A stretch of 63,755 nucleotides of DNA, counting the filler, from Octopus bimaculoides (taxonomy: Eukaryota), in the NCBI RefSeq assembly GCF_001194135.2. It is 5 parts of 5 records of this genome, joined end to end, with 100 filler letters (N's around TTAATTAATTAA, not from the genome) between each part and the next. Parts side by side here need not be neighbours in the genome. Positions count along the whole stretch, not along the records: positions 47,034 to 62,237 come from NC_068982.1; positions 62,338 to 63,755 come from NW_026305703.1; 3 more parts are not named here. One strand, given 5' to 3'. The notes under the pieces are model-generated. The model searched no databases, was not told where the DNA came from, and saw only the letters and a list, made by a program, of their open reading frames with translations. Shown here piece by piece: positions 51,191 to 63,322 of this stretch; position 1 is the stretch's first letter, and each line of letters starts with the position of its first letter. Made by a program: the position numbers and the translations under genes.

Positions 51191-54100
51191 AGTAACAACT
51201 CACAAATCGTAGATTCATGTGTTTAGAGAAAAACTGAAAAATGTTGAATAAGTTGTTATATATCAAGCTGCCTGAAGTGATCATTTTCGTTAGAAACGCT
51301 GATTTTCAGAAAAAATTTCTAACATATCTTGTGTCATGGGAGGGTCGTTACGGCAATAATGATAACACACACATTGGTTGAATATCACTTCTTTATTGTC
51401 AGTCAACTGGTTAAATATATAACCAGCTAACTAATTGATCGTTTGCTTAATGTGCTGGTTAAACAATCAATCGAGTGTTTGTTAGTTCAAGGATTTTCTA
51501 ACAGTAAATAAAAATGAAAACATTCCACAACCCTCTTTATAATAAATCGCTAATTCCTTTTCTTTTTGAATTATTCGAAATGAGAAAGCAAAAATAAGAA
51601 AAAACATGTTTCCTTTAAATAATCTTGTGTTATTTTAGATAATCCTGTGTTATTTTTCGGTAAAATAACACGTTGACACTAAAACATTATTTCTCAAAAC
51701 TTGGGGAAATTTTGATTGAGGAACTTTTAACACAGCATGTTAACTATCTCTGGTTCGGTAATATGACAATTAAAAAGTCTGAGAATGTAGAATTCACATC
51801 ACGCAGCTAGTCGTTGTCTCCTTTCTTCTTCCTCAGGCAGGAATATCTGTTTCTCTGAACTACGATGTCGGCTTTACACATCATTAGTGATAGGTGATAA
51901 TTTGGTCACTAAAGACCTGAACGAATTGTTAGAAACGCCAATTATATACTAATTAAAGAATATTATGTCATTCCATGTCTGTATTATCAGTGTCCATTTT
52001 CCGTGCAATAACAATAAAATAATTACAATGAAGATTTCTATTCCAATTTATTCTATCACATTCTACTATTCTACTCTTCTACTATTCTACTATGTTATTC
52101 AATAGTCTGTGAGTTCTAAATTTACCACTTTCATTTTGTTATATTGTCATCTTTCGATATTAGTCTGTGCAGAAAATCTTACGACGTAACTTCCCTTAAC
52201 ATAGATTACGAAGCGTCGATGCATCTTTTGTAGCAATGATAATTTTCATTTTGAAAATGGAATATTAATCAATTGTAGATTGTTTTGTTGCGAAATTTCT
52301 ATTTACAGTTACATTCATGAAAGATGTCGATATGCCATGGTGTATGCAAGGCTACGAATTACTACAGTAAATTATTTTGTTTCCGTGGTATAGGAAATAA
52401 AACCGTAACGCCTCTACCTTGCGAGTCTTCCCGTAACGTCGATCATATCCAGCCGGGATATATCCGTAGGAGCCCTACCCTTCTAACTCCAACTCTTACA
52501 ACCACCACGTCTGTCTCCACCGATAAGCTCCCAAGGCAAAATAGACCCAGACTAGTTGTCCTTCCGCTCACGTGACCTCACTCGTCCTCTCCTTTCGGTA
52601 GTGCCCCTCAGCCGTTTGCATGACTTCACTGACCCTATATTTCCAACCCCACTCAGCCCCACAGCTTCATATGAATAATTTCTATAACCAAGAAACGGTT
52701 CGATTCTCGGCTAAAATTGATTCCGTCGTCATATCTTTATAAAGTTATTTTATTCTAAATAAATACTCAATGTCCTTTGTCAGACAACCTTAAAATCCTC
52801 ATGTGCAGGATCAGTTTTGAAGACAACAAATTTTAAAATTCTTTGTGGTATTAGCTTTTCTTAAATACCAATAATGTAATTCATAAAAGATGTCACTCTC
52901 TAATGATCCCGTTATATTTTCTTGAGTCAAGCGTTTACTCAGGAAAGATATTCGAAATGGACTCGGTAGGAATATTTTCAAACTGGATGTTTCCATTGAT
53001 ATCATCAGGAATGCTATTTATTAATTTGCCATTGCGTTCTAACTAGATTTCTTAATACAATAGCCTATAAATAGTTTATAAATAGCTTATAAGAGACTGT
53101 TAATAAGGTTATTTCTTAATTGTTTCCTTTTCCGCATAACGAATTTATATTTGTACGTAATGTCTGCATTAGGGAGAAACTTTACGGTCATTACCCATTA
53201 TGTCTGTCGTCCCGCTTTATAAAAGGAGATAAATCAGGTTCGTAGCCGACATCTTGTTACAGTAAAATATTCTAGAGGAACTAAAATTGAAGTACGCGTT
53301 CAATCTCCACTGGAAATCATCTCACAAGATATTAATTTGCATGTCGACAAATTTGAATAAAAAGAATTTGTCTCTAGCTGAGTTATATCGACCATTTCGT
53401 ATGAAATAAGAGCATATAAAATATGTGAAAACACTTTCTCGATGATAGGAAGGCGAAAATAGTCAATGAAGAGAGTTTTCGAATTCCGAACATAGAAAGA
53501 CTGGATTAAAGCGACATAACGCCTCCTTTGGGATTCTATTGTGTTTGCGTAATCATGTGTTAATTTCAACGCACACACGCGCGCGTACATACATACACAC
53601 ATATACATAAACACATATACGCACGCATACACATATACACTCACTCATATATAATTTGGTTATTTCTAAAATTTTTACTGAACTTTATCTCTGGAAAATG
53701 CACTAGAAATTTAGTTGTTCCATTCCTTCTTAAGGAAGTTATCTGTAAACTTAGTTTTATAATTGGGAATTGATTTAACAGTCTATAAATCTCCATAACT
53801 TTATGACTGGTGCAGAGAGAATTGCTGCAAAAGATTATTGACAACATTTTAACTTAAACCAGATTTAACTTCATAGAGTGATAGTTGGTTATCGTATATA
53901 TTTCGATCCTTGCATACCAGGAGAATATCGATATGTCTACTCCATGAACTTAAATAATCTGTCACTCGGCAGAAGATATTTCTGATTATTTATATTAAGT
54001 CCGCCATGGCAGTCGAGTGTCACGCAACCATTAAAAGTGTTCATAATACTTACTTACTGCCTGAAATGCCCCATTCTTGGACAATACTCTTAATTACCAA

Positions 54101-54404
54101 TGCTTCTGTTGACGTAAATGTAGTGGACATCATAGGCTGGAACAATTGATTGGTAGTGCAAGGAGAAAACTTGTGCACTTCGCGACTCCTAGTGGTTAAC
54201 ATGTCACCTTGCTATACTCAATTCCGCTCGTACTTCGAACACACCACCTCTCCATAAACAAATTAACGTGTTGATTTTCCAAATTATCCTCTCATTACCT
54301 CGGGCGGATGCATTTGCTCCATGTACAATTGGCAAAATATTTGTTATTCTTACAAAGCAGCGAGCTGGCAGAATCGTTACCACGCTAGCGTGTTTGAGAC
54401 GCTG

Positions 54405-54520
54405 TGAGGTAAGAAGTTTGCTTCTCAACCACGTGGTTCCGGCTAACTTCTACCATAGCCTCGGGCCAACTAAAGCCTTGTGAGTGAATTTCGTTGTCAG
54501 AAACTTAAAGAAGCCTGTCG

Positions 54521-54591
<71 letters not shown>

Positions 54592-54830
54592 GTATGTGTG
54601 TGTGTGTGTGTGTCTGTCTTCGTGTCCCTGTTTGTCTCCTATCGCCGATTGGTAACCGGTGTTGGTGTGTTTACGTCTCCGTAACTTAATGTTTCGGCAA
54701 AAGAGACCGATAGAATAAGCACCAAGTGTGTAAAGGAGTAAATAACGAAGTCGATTTGTTCGACTAAAATTTTTCAAGTTGGTACTCCACCATGGCCGCA
54801 GTCTAATGAGTGGAATAAATAAAAAGATAA
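54405..54830 (+). mobile_element. SINE family 2 with internal (TATC)n/(TG)n microsatellite, preceded by a family 1 head (54357-54390)
   Basis: GGTAAGAAGTTTGCTTCTCAACCACGTGGTTCCGG...AAAGAAGCCTGTCG, then microsatellite, then GGCAAAAGAGACCGATAGAATAAG...CATGGCCGCAGTC. Partial copies near 31740-31790, 35225-35320, 36290-36400, 42790-42860 and 56410-56462. Confidence 0.75.
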
Positions 54831-56512
54831 AACATAACAGCATGGAGCTGAAGCATTTGCAGCTACTTAATTCGATGGCTTATCCTGAGAATTTAAATAA
54901 TTCTTTTCCTCACTTTGTAGTGTCAAATTGGTATTCCTAGACATTTATAAACCTGCAGATTCTTTCATTTTAGAAACGCATTGTCAAATCTTAATTGAAG
55001 ATAATTCAGATATTGCCTTTTTGTACCATTATAGCCATTCAATTCACCAATTCTATTCTATCAAAAATAACATCTTTGATTAACCTTTTTAGTTAATTGT
55101 ATTATATTTATCGGAATTTTATGAAATAACAATCATCAAAGAAAATTTACTTTTATAATTTCTATCTTTTTAATTGAAGGTATTTTCTAAATTTTGAATT
55201 CTTCTAAACATTTTTCTCTCGTATGAATCATCATTTTTCAAACAATCACTTCAGCTTTTGTATTTTATTTTGTTTATATCATAAAGTATTGTTTAAATTT
55301 CAAGTTAATTTCCCTTTCAAAAGCCGTTATCCTTTGTACGGAAAATACCGAAGAATAAGTTATTAGCTCACGGCATTCTGTGTTCGTGACATGATTATAA
55401 TTCATTGTATAATCATGTTACTTTCGCTCAATCTACTCGGAAAGGCTTGAACATAACAACTTTCAATTTCTACTTTGCGATTCTTAGAGTAAAGAAACCA
55501 CTATTCTGCTACAGATGCAATCTTTCGCTTCTGCATCCTCCATTTATACCTTTCTCTATTTTCTAAATAATTTATATATCTATTCGTTCTCTAATCCAGC
55601 CATCCAAACATCCATTTATCTATCAAATCTATACATCGTCTATGAGGTTGACTGCGTATTTCGTTTTTCAATGATTACACATTGTTGCTAAATGTTCTTA
55701 ATGCTTATGTATGCTATTTACCTACTACATTAAACGAGACGACTGATTAACAAGTGAAAGAAAAATTCTTCACCAGAAGAGCTGGAAGCAGCTTTATTCA
55801 GGAAATTACAGTAATAGTAAGATTATACTACTGATCAACAGTAAAATTGGCGTAAAATTTGCGCGTCTCTGTTGCTGCACTTACCGTGACAGTTGTCGAC
55901 TTTTTTTCTTTCGAAGGATTTGGAGTTCTCGAATTCTGCTTTTAAAAAGCCGTTCAGAATGCTCTCAGTTGTATTCACATGAATGCATAAATTATTCAAT
56001 GTTTCTTAGCATTACGACAATCACTAATTTTTTAGCTTCTCATTTGATAAATTGTAAATTAATGGACTTCCAGCTCATTGATCAATGAACTCTGCAAAAA
56101 TATAGTAACGAGAATTTAAAAAATTCAATTCAAATTTTTTTTTTTGTTTCTCATGTTTTCTCCTGAAAATAAAGTGAATTTTTGACGAGCAACAAGAATT
56201 TATAACATCAGTGTTTCCTTAAGATCAATGTAGCTTCATGCAAACAAAAAGCCCAAGAGGACGCCAATACCATAAGTCTTTGACTGAAGAGACTTGTACT
56301 ATCACGTACACCAATACATAAGTATGCATTATTTCCAACTACCAAATGCCAATCACTAGGTACTTGTAAACCGGGTGTGTTGTTGGAATTTGCTTTCGGT
56401 ACTGCACAATAGAACTGAAACAGGAACCGTGTGTATGTGGGAAGCGAACTTTTAAACCACACCCCACGAAGACCTTACGCAGGTTTGTCCAAGATCAACA
56501 TGGACGTATATA

Positions 56513-56727
56513 CTTTTCTACTCTAGGCACAAGACTCGAAATTTTGGGGGAGAGTGCCAGTCGATTAGATCGACGCCAGTACGCAACTGGTACTTGATTT
56601 AAAGACCCCCGAAAGGATGAAAGGCAAAGTCGACCTCGGCGGAATTTGAACTCAGAATGTTAAGACAGGCGAAATACCGCTAAGAATTTCGCCTGGCGTG
56701 CTAACGTTTCTGCCAGCTCGCTGCCTT
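56513..56727 (-). mobile_element. SINE family 1, full length
   Basis: Reverse complement AAGGCAGCGAGCTGGCAGAAACGTTAGCACGCCAGGCG...GTCTTGTGCCTAGAGTAGAAAAG. Confidence 0.9.
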
Positions 56728-56737
56728 AACAATGATG

Positions 56738-58028
56738 TATTAGGTTGCCAAGAAAGTTCTTGCGGTTTTTAACCTTTAAATTCAGATGCACATATCTCGG
56801 CTCAAACAAAACTTTATTAATCGAAATAAAAACCATCAGAAACAACACACTTTGCCAACGCGAAACAAGTTTCTTTATGCCAGTAGCGTAAACATCCTGC
56901 GTTCTGGTGGTGATGAAGTCGTTGAAGGCGTGTTTGGCATCGTCTTGGTTTTTGAAGCATTTCTCACGCGGGAAGTTGTCGAGATGCTTGAAAAAGTGGT
57001 AGTCGGTAGGCGAACGGTCTGGTGACTATGGCAGATGAGACAGAGTTTAGTAGCCCAATTCGTTCAACTTCTGCAAGGTCAGTTGTGCGACGTGCGGCCG
57101 AGGGTTGTTGTGGAGAAGAACTGGTCCTTTTCTATTGACCAATGATGGCTGTTGTCGGAGTTTCTTATGCATTTCATCCATTTGCTGACAGTACTTCTCC
57201 GCCGTAATTGTTTTGCCTGGATCCAAAAATCTGTGATGGATGAGACTGGTCGCAGACCACCAAACAGTTACCATGACTTTCTCTTGGTGCAACTTTGGCT
57301 TCGGGAAAGTGCCGTGGAGCTTCGTCGGCGTCCAGCCACTGAGCTGAGCGTCGCCGGTCGTCGTAAAGAATCTACTTTTCATCGCAAGTCACAATCCGGT
57401 CGAGAAACGGGTCGTTCTTGTTGCGTAAAAGAAGAGAAGACGACACTTCAAAACGGCGAGTTCTTTTTTTTGTCATTGAATTCGTGCGGCACTCATTTCT
57501 CAAGTATTTTTGTTTTTCCAATCTCTTTCAAGTGGTTGGAAATTGTTGTATACGGTACGTCTAATTCAGAAGCAAGATCTTGAACAGTTGTGCGTGGATT
57601 GGCTTCGACTAAGGCTCTTAGTTGATCGTTGTCAACATCTGATAGCTGCCCACTACGCTTATCATCTTCAAGACTCTCGTCACCGCTACGAAATTTTTTG
57701 ACCTACCATTGTGCTGTACGTTCATTAGTGGTTCCTGGGCCAAACGCATTGTTGATATCACGAGCTGTTTCAGCTGCTTTTCGACCTAGATTGAACTGGC
57801 ATAAGAAAATTGTGCGAATTCGCTTTTTGTCCATGTTGTATTCAACGTTCTGGGGAAAAAAACGGCTTAATTATTCAAAAAGAAAAAGAGTAACACGATT
57901 AGATAGAGCGAAAGACGGACTTTAAAATGATATATAAAGTCAAAGTAATTTAACGAAAATTAATTTGAAAATACATCATTTAAAACCAAAATTGAAAATT
58001 CCGCAAGACCTTTCTTGACAATCTAATA
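56738..58028 (-). mobile_element. Full-length mariner transposon (1291 bp incl. flanking TA), cecropia/Hsmar1-like
   Basis: Terminal inverted repeats 56738-56765 TATTAGGTTGCCAAGAAAGTTCTTGCGG and 58001-58028 (reverse complement TATTAGATTGTCAAGAAAGGTCTTGCGG; 3 mismatches in 28), TA at both ends, transposase inside. Confidence 0.95.
56817..57834 (-). pseudogene. Mariner DD34D transposase pseudogene
   Basis: MDKKRIRTIFLCQFNLGRKAAETARDINNAFGPGTTNERTAQW*VKKFRSGDESLEDDKRSG...*VPHE...DRIVTCDEK*ILYD...KVMVTVWWS...LLHNNPRPH...SPDRSPTDYHFFKHLDNF; several stops and frameshifts. Confidence 0.92.
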
Positions 58029-58469
58029 TATTGTTAACGAAAACTGTTCACTTTTAATTATTGTGCTACTTTAGCTGCATTTTGAAGTTGTGGATTAGTT
58101 GTATATTTTGCGTCAAAGAAATGGCTTTGCTATATTTGTTCCGATTGCATTTATTCTGAGTTCAAATCCCGCTTAGTTCAACTTTTCCTTTCATCCTACT
58201 AAATTTCGTTTGGTTTACTTTTTGCATTTTCTATTGTATTAAGACTCCCCTACCTGTGTGCAGTGCCGAGCTATTTTAACGGAGGCGGTGTATGTTGAAC
58301 GAGTTTCCATTAGCATTTATCTGCAGGATTCTTTACGATTAATTTAAGGCATATTTAATGAATTTACCTATCATAATAGGTGCCAATAAATATAGGTGTT
58401 CTCCAACTCGGCTAACATTTCCAGGATCCACGCTTGGGAAACATTGCCAAATATTTTCTTTTTTTTCTG

Positions 58470-58660
58470 CTTCTCTAGGCACAAGGCCTGAAATTTTGGG
58501 GAAGGGGGCCAATCGATTATATCGACCCTAGTATGCAACTAGTACTTAATTTATCGACCCCGAAAGGACGAAAGGCAAAGTCGACCTCGGTGGAATTTGA
58601 ACTCAAAACGTAAAGACAAACGAAATACCGCTAAGTATTTCCTCCGGCGTACCAACGTTT
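58470..58660 (-). mobile_element. SINE family 1
   Basis: CTCTAGGCACAAGGCCTGAAATTTTGGGG...GGCAAAGTCGACCTCGGTGGAATTTGAACTCA. Confidence 0.88.
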
Positions 58661-58768
58661 GTCAAACGTTTTCAGTTAGCCAATCACACTTCCTTCTCAT
58701 TTTATATTCTTTGATTTTAGATTTTCAACTAGAAATTGGTTTTTAGTCTCATAAATCTTTGGACCATC

Positions 58769-58977
58769 AAGCTGGCAGAATGGTTAGCACGCCGGGCAAA
58801 ATACCGCTAAGAATTTCACCAGTTGCTACGTTCTGAGATCAAATTCCGCCGACGTCGACTTTACCTTTCATCCTTTCGCGGTCGATAAATTAAGTACCAG
58901 TTGTGTACTGGGGATCGATCTAATCGACTAGCACCCTCCCACAAATTTCAGGTCTTGTGCCTATAGTAGAAAGGATA
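58769..58977 (+). mobile_element. SINE family 1
   Basis: AAGCTGGCAGAATGGTTAGCACGCCGGGC...GGTCTTGTGCCTATAGTAGAAAGG. Confidence 0.88.
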
Positions 58978-60012
58978 ATTCATTCGAACTTCTCTTCTGG
59001 AATTAATTTGTTTTTTGTCAGATCTTAATTTATTTTGTGATTACAGTTAAGGTTTTGTAATTTGTAGGAAGATAGGTTAAGGGCCGTTAGTTTTTTGGGA
59101 GAGTTGATAATTTTAGTCATATACGCTTCCTGAGGGACCTCGTCAGGTATTATCCCTGGCTATATCATTAACCTATTCGTGCCGAAATTTTTCTACTGGA
59201 TGAAAATTGCCTCAAAATACACAAATGCTATTATTTTGACCTAAATAACAAATGGAAAAAATTTCATTGAAATCCGTTTGACACAGACTGCATACGCGTT
59301 AAGAACATGTTTCATTCTTTGATGCAGATCATACACAAATCACAATTTGTATCAAGTATTTGGTTTATATCCTTATAAATTAAGTATCAGTTTAAACGGA
59401 CGATCGGCTTGAATGGGTTGACTTACTAAATATCCCTACGATCAACTTGAATGTCTGTTAAACATTTTAAGCGTAATTTTGGGATCTTATCATTTTCTGT
59501 TAGCTTTTAATTGTTTCTATCGTTATCTATCACATTCTTCGTTTGTTCTTGTGACTGCACATAATTCTTCAGTTTTGTTTTCGTCGTTTTAAACAAATTC
59601 GTCCGAGGCAATTCTCTGTTCATAATCGTTTCAGAATCTTTATTCTTTTTCTGTTCATGTTTCAGTGTTTAGTATTTTATTTTTTAAGTAGTTTTCGGTT
59701 TGAGTGGAACATTGTTTAGTTCAAAGAACCACCGCCGCTTTTTATAGAGATGAATTCTTTGCGATTTATCGAGGATCTCTAGTTTCAGGCATTCTTTCAT
59801 TTCGGGTACTTTTTAAAGTATATTTTTGCCATGTTATATACCCATGTTATATATATAACATGTTATATACCCATGTTATATACCCAGAGTATTTATCTGT
59901 GATTATTTTTTTTCAATTGCATCGGTTTTTCATTCAAAGATCTTTGATTTTCTTTTTGTTGTTGTTGCTTTTTGCCTTCCATACTTGTTTACGTTTTAAT
60001 ATTACCCTTTGG

Positions 60013-60443
60013 GAAGGCAGCAAGCTGGTAGAATCGTTAGCGCGCCGGGCGAAATGCTGAGCGGTATTTCGTCTACCGCTACGTTCTGAGCTCAAATTCC
60101 GCCGAGGTCAACTTTGCCTTTCATCCTTTCGGGGTCGATAAATTAAGTTCCAGTTACGCACTGGGGTCGATGTAATCATCTTAATCCCTTTGTCTGTCCT
60201 TGTTTGCCCCCTCTATGTTTAGCTCCTTGTGGGCAGTAAAAAAATAAGAAACGTTGGCACGCCGGGCGAAATGCTTAACGGTATTTTGTCTGCCTTTACG
60301 TTCTTAGTTCAAATTCCGCCAAGGTCGACTTTGCCTTTCATCCTTTCCGGGTCGGTAAATTAAGTACCAGTTGCGTACTGGGTCGATGTAATCGACTGGC
60401 TCCCTCCCCAAAAATTTCGGGCCTTGTGCCTAGAATAGAAATG
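60013..60443 (+). mobile_element. Dimeric SINE family 1 insertion with 15-bp target-site duplication
   Basis: Two monomers in tandem (second starts ~60249). AATATTACCCTTTGG at 59998-60012 and 60444-60458. Confidence 0.9.
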
Positions 60444-61420
60444 AATATTACCCTTTGGATATATCTGATACGATACACGCTTTCCTTTGTAACAACAACC
60501 GTTACCACGTATAGTAATTTGTTTCAACTGGAATATTGATTTTCGTGTCTAAAATGACCAGGTATTCACCTTCTATTGTTCTTGCTATTTCACTATGGAA
60601 TATTATTCTTAGGGGGTATTTCGTTGGTAGATTGCAAATTCTATCGCTTTTAATTTATGAATTATTTCTACTTTCACACTTTCAAGACCATGATACGCTC
60701 TTTTGAATCTCTAACTCAAAATATTACTTCAATTCTCTTTTATTTATATTTTAGTTTGTGACGAACGCGTACAATTTCTGTTTTTCAGTATTCATCAGCT
60801 ATTTTACAGCTCGTCTTTGCATTCCATTATTTAATCCATTTTTCTCGCACAGGTTAGAGAAATACACCTGTTTTATGCAGTCGAAATAACATTTTTTCCT
60901 TATATTTTTTTCTTTACTTCTATTTTCATTACATCTTTTGGATTTCAACTTCAGTTTTTGATATGCGATTGGCTTTGCGAATATACCTTTTGTCAGTAAG
61001 CTTGTCAGTCGGAATAAACATTGAGATCTCTGCTATTTTCCCCAAACATTATATATTATTATATGTTGAGCGGGAGAAGAGTGTCACTGTACAATATCTG
61101 CATAGAACAGAAATGTATTTCTCTCGTGACCATTTATTGATTTTTAAAAATATTTTACTTGACAAATTGCAGAGAAGAACCAGGCTCATTATTTAGGTAA
61201 TCATCATTTTCTGTAGGTATCTGATCAGTTTTTCTGACGATATTTTGTTTCCTCCATTTCTCGCACCGTTATGCATCAGATTCGAAGTAAGTATTTACAT
61301 TTTAACACTGTGCTGAGGATATTTCTTTTTACATATATCATTGGTAAGTTGGGAGAGTACAGAACTATATGAATCCTGATTCGCTTTGTGGCAACATTCG
61401 AAACCATTATTATTATTATT

Positions 61421-61919
61421 GCCTTTGCACAGTTTCTAACACTGGAAATATATTACAGTGTCAGCTGTTCATTACCAATGAACTTATTCTTCGAGAACCT
61501 TTTGGAGTATTCGAGCGGTTCCAAGCAGTGCTGTTTTCTGTAAGTGCTCCACCCTTATTGCAGCCCCTATTTGTTCCACCTACTTCTCGAGATTTTTTCT
61601 CACTATTCTCAGGGCTCCGACAATTATTAGTACTACTGCTACCTTTTTCATCGACCACAACTGCTTAACTTCCCAAGCTAACCTGTCATATCTATCGACT
61701 TTTCTTTCTTCTTTATCGCATACCTTGTTGTCAGCAGGGCATGCTATATCTGTGATCCAGCATAGTTTTGCTTTCTTTCTCGGTTAAGACTATATCTGGC
61801 TTTTTATTCTCTATCTCATGGTCGTACTGAATCATAAAATCCCACAGGTTCTTTGCATTATCAATTTCGATGATGCCTTCGGGTTTATGGTCATACCAAT
61901 TTTTTTCTCTGTCAAGACC
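61421..61919 (-). mobile_element. 5'-truncated R4/Dong-type element, family B (endonuclease plus 3' UTR)
   Basis: GLDREKNWYDHKPEGIIEIDNAKNLWDFMIQYDHEIENKKPDIVLTEKES..WITDIACPADNKVCDKEERKVDRYDRLAWEVKQLW...HLQKTALLGTARILQKVLEE*; 3' end followed by (TAA)5 at 61406-61420. Confidence 0.85.
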
Positions 61920-61942
61920 TTATTATTATTATTATTATTCTT

Positions 61943-62237
61943 CAGTAGTTTTATTTTTATAACGTGCTTTCACTTCACTACCGAGCGCAGCTCTGTGCGC
62001 CTTGGGTATGTGCTGTGGTTTGCTGTGGTGCTCTTATGGTTACTGTATTGAAAGTGTTTTGCGTAGGATGTGTGCAGTACCCAGTAGTGCAATTTTCTGT
62101 ATGTTATATATATTTGTAAGTCCTGCTATTTTTGTTATGTATTTGTCTGAATATTTTTTTATTATACCTAAGGCACCTACTATGATAGGAATTGTTTCTG
62201 TTTTTAGATTCCACATTCGAGTTATCTCTATTTCCAG
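61943..62237 (-). mobile_element. 3' end of R4/Dong family A, cut off by linker gap
   Basis: Near-identical reverse complement of 1-246; (TAA)n tail at 61920-61939. Confidence 0.9.
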
Positions 62238-62337
62238 NNNNNNNNNNNNNNNNNNNNNNNNNNNNNNNNNNNNNNNNNNNNTTAATTAATTAANNNNNNN
62301 NNNNNNNNNNNNNNNNNNNNNNNNNNNNNNNNNNNNN

Positions 62338-62371
<34 letters not shown>

Positions 62372-62514
62372 CAAAAGAATTCCAGCTGTTTTTTATATTT
62401 TATTCATATTCTTATAAAATTAATGTGGGATATAGAGTATGGAATATATAGTAAACTGAAATGAAGTATTGAATGTCTTATTGAATGAATGAAATATTGA
62501 ATATTAAATATTTA

Positions 62515-62558
62515 AGGACTAGTATACTTTCCTGCTTTCTAGCAATCTTCAAGATCCC
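62515..62558 (-). ncRNA. Candidate minimal type I hammerhead ribozyme (variant core) in a Penelope pseudo-LTR
   Basis: Minus strand GGGAT-CTTGAAGA-TTGCT-AGAA-AGCAG-GAAA-GTATAC-TA-GTCCT: stem I, CUGANGA-like core with one deviation, 5-bp stem II, GAAA, palindromic stem III and an NUH triplet. Confidence 0.45.
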
Positions 62559-62771
62559 ATGTGACAGAAGTGTTTCAACTGTAGTTGACTGGCTGTCAAC
62601 TACAGTTTATATATGCATTCCTTTGGACAGCAGCAGTAGGTGTTTGGCTATTTTTAGAGATGATGTCAAACCATTTTTCAATGTTTATTTTTAGAAATGA
62701 TACATTTGAGAAATTTTTTGTGTTTTAGTGATAGGGATAAGATTTTTAAACCCCAAATAAGATTAATTTAA

Positions 62772-63030
62772 TCATTGTTTGTTAAGCTTGGATTTGAATT
62801 TCTTAATAAAGTCCTTATCTCACCGTTTTCTCTCAATTTCATTCAGGTTGCAAAGTTTATAAAATGGAAATATCATAAAAATTTTTCGACCACATGTTGC
62901 CAGATGGTTACTCAGTGGTATTTGGTGAACCTCTGGGTTTTTAATCTGTTGTCGATGCACACGCGAGCGTTCTGATAGTGCATTACCTGTCTGGCCAACG
63001 TACAATTCTTCACAAGTTGTACGAAAGAAA
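62772..63030 (-). mobile_element. Penelope-like element GIY-YIG endonuclease fragment
   Basis: TTCEELYVGQTGNALSERSRVHRQQIKNPEVHQIPLSNHLATCGRKIFMIFPFYKL...KR*DKDFIKKFKSKLN; YVGQT....L..R...H is the GIY-YIG signature. Confidence 0.85.
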
Positions 63031-63322
63031 ATGTTGTACAGATTTCGTTACATATATCCAAGCAGAGACACCATGACTTTGGTATAACTGCTCATAACAG
63101 AGACAGAATTAATGTTTTTGCTTCATAATTAAACGTTACATTTCAACACTTCCTTCTCATTATCAACATTTAATAATGTTGTAGTTTATTAAATTGTAAA
63201 GTGCAAAAATAATTTATATTTTCATAATTATAAAATAAATTAGAAATTTTGAAACTAATCTTGTTGATATTTATCTTCCACATTTTCCTATCGAAATTGA
63301 ACCAAATTCAATGAATGGCACC

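Noticed and set aside
52400-52680. GC-rich island with GTCACGTG E-box
   Set aside because: No open frame or promoter architecture beyond one motif; probably a repeat fragment.
55885-56091. Minus-strand acceptor (TTTTTGCAG) and donor (ACG/GTAAGT) pair
   Set aside because: All three frames contain stops between them; cannot distinguish a noncoding exon from chance.
59168-59303. TTAA-bounded segment resembling a piggyBac MITE
   Set aside because: The ends are not inverted repeats of each other.
59828-59884. CATGTTATATAC repeated about four times
   Set aside because: Ordinary short minisatellite; not a CRISPR-like array (no unique spacers, eukaryotic context).
60013-60100. A-box/B-box tRNA-like sequence
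   Set aside because: SINE head with no cloverleaf; no true tRNA or rRNA gene seen in the window.
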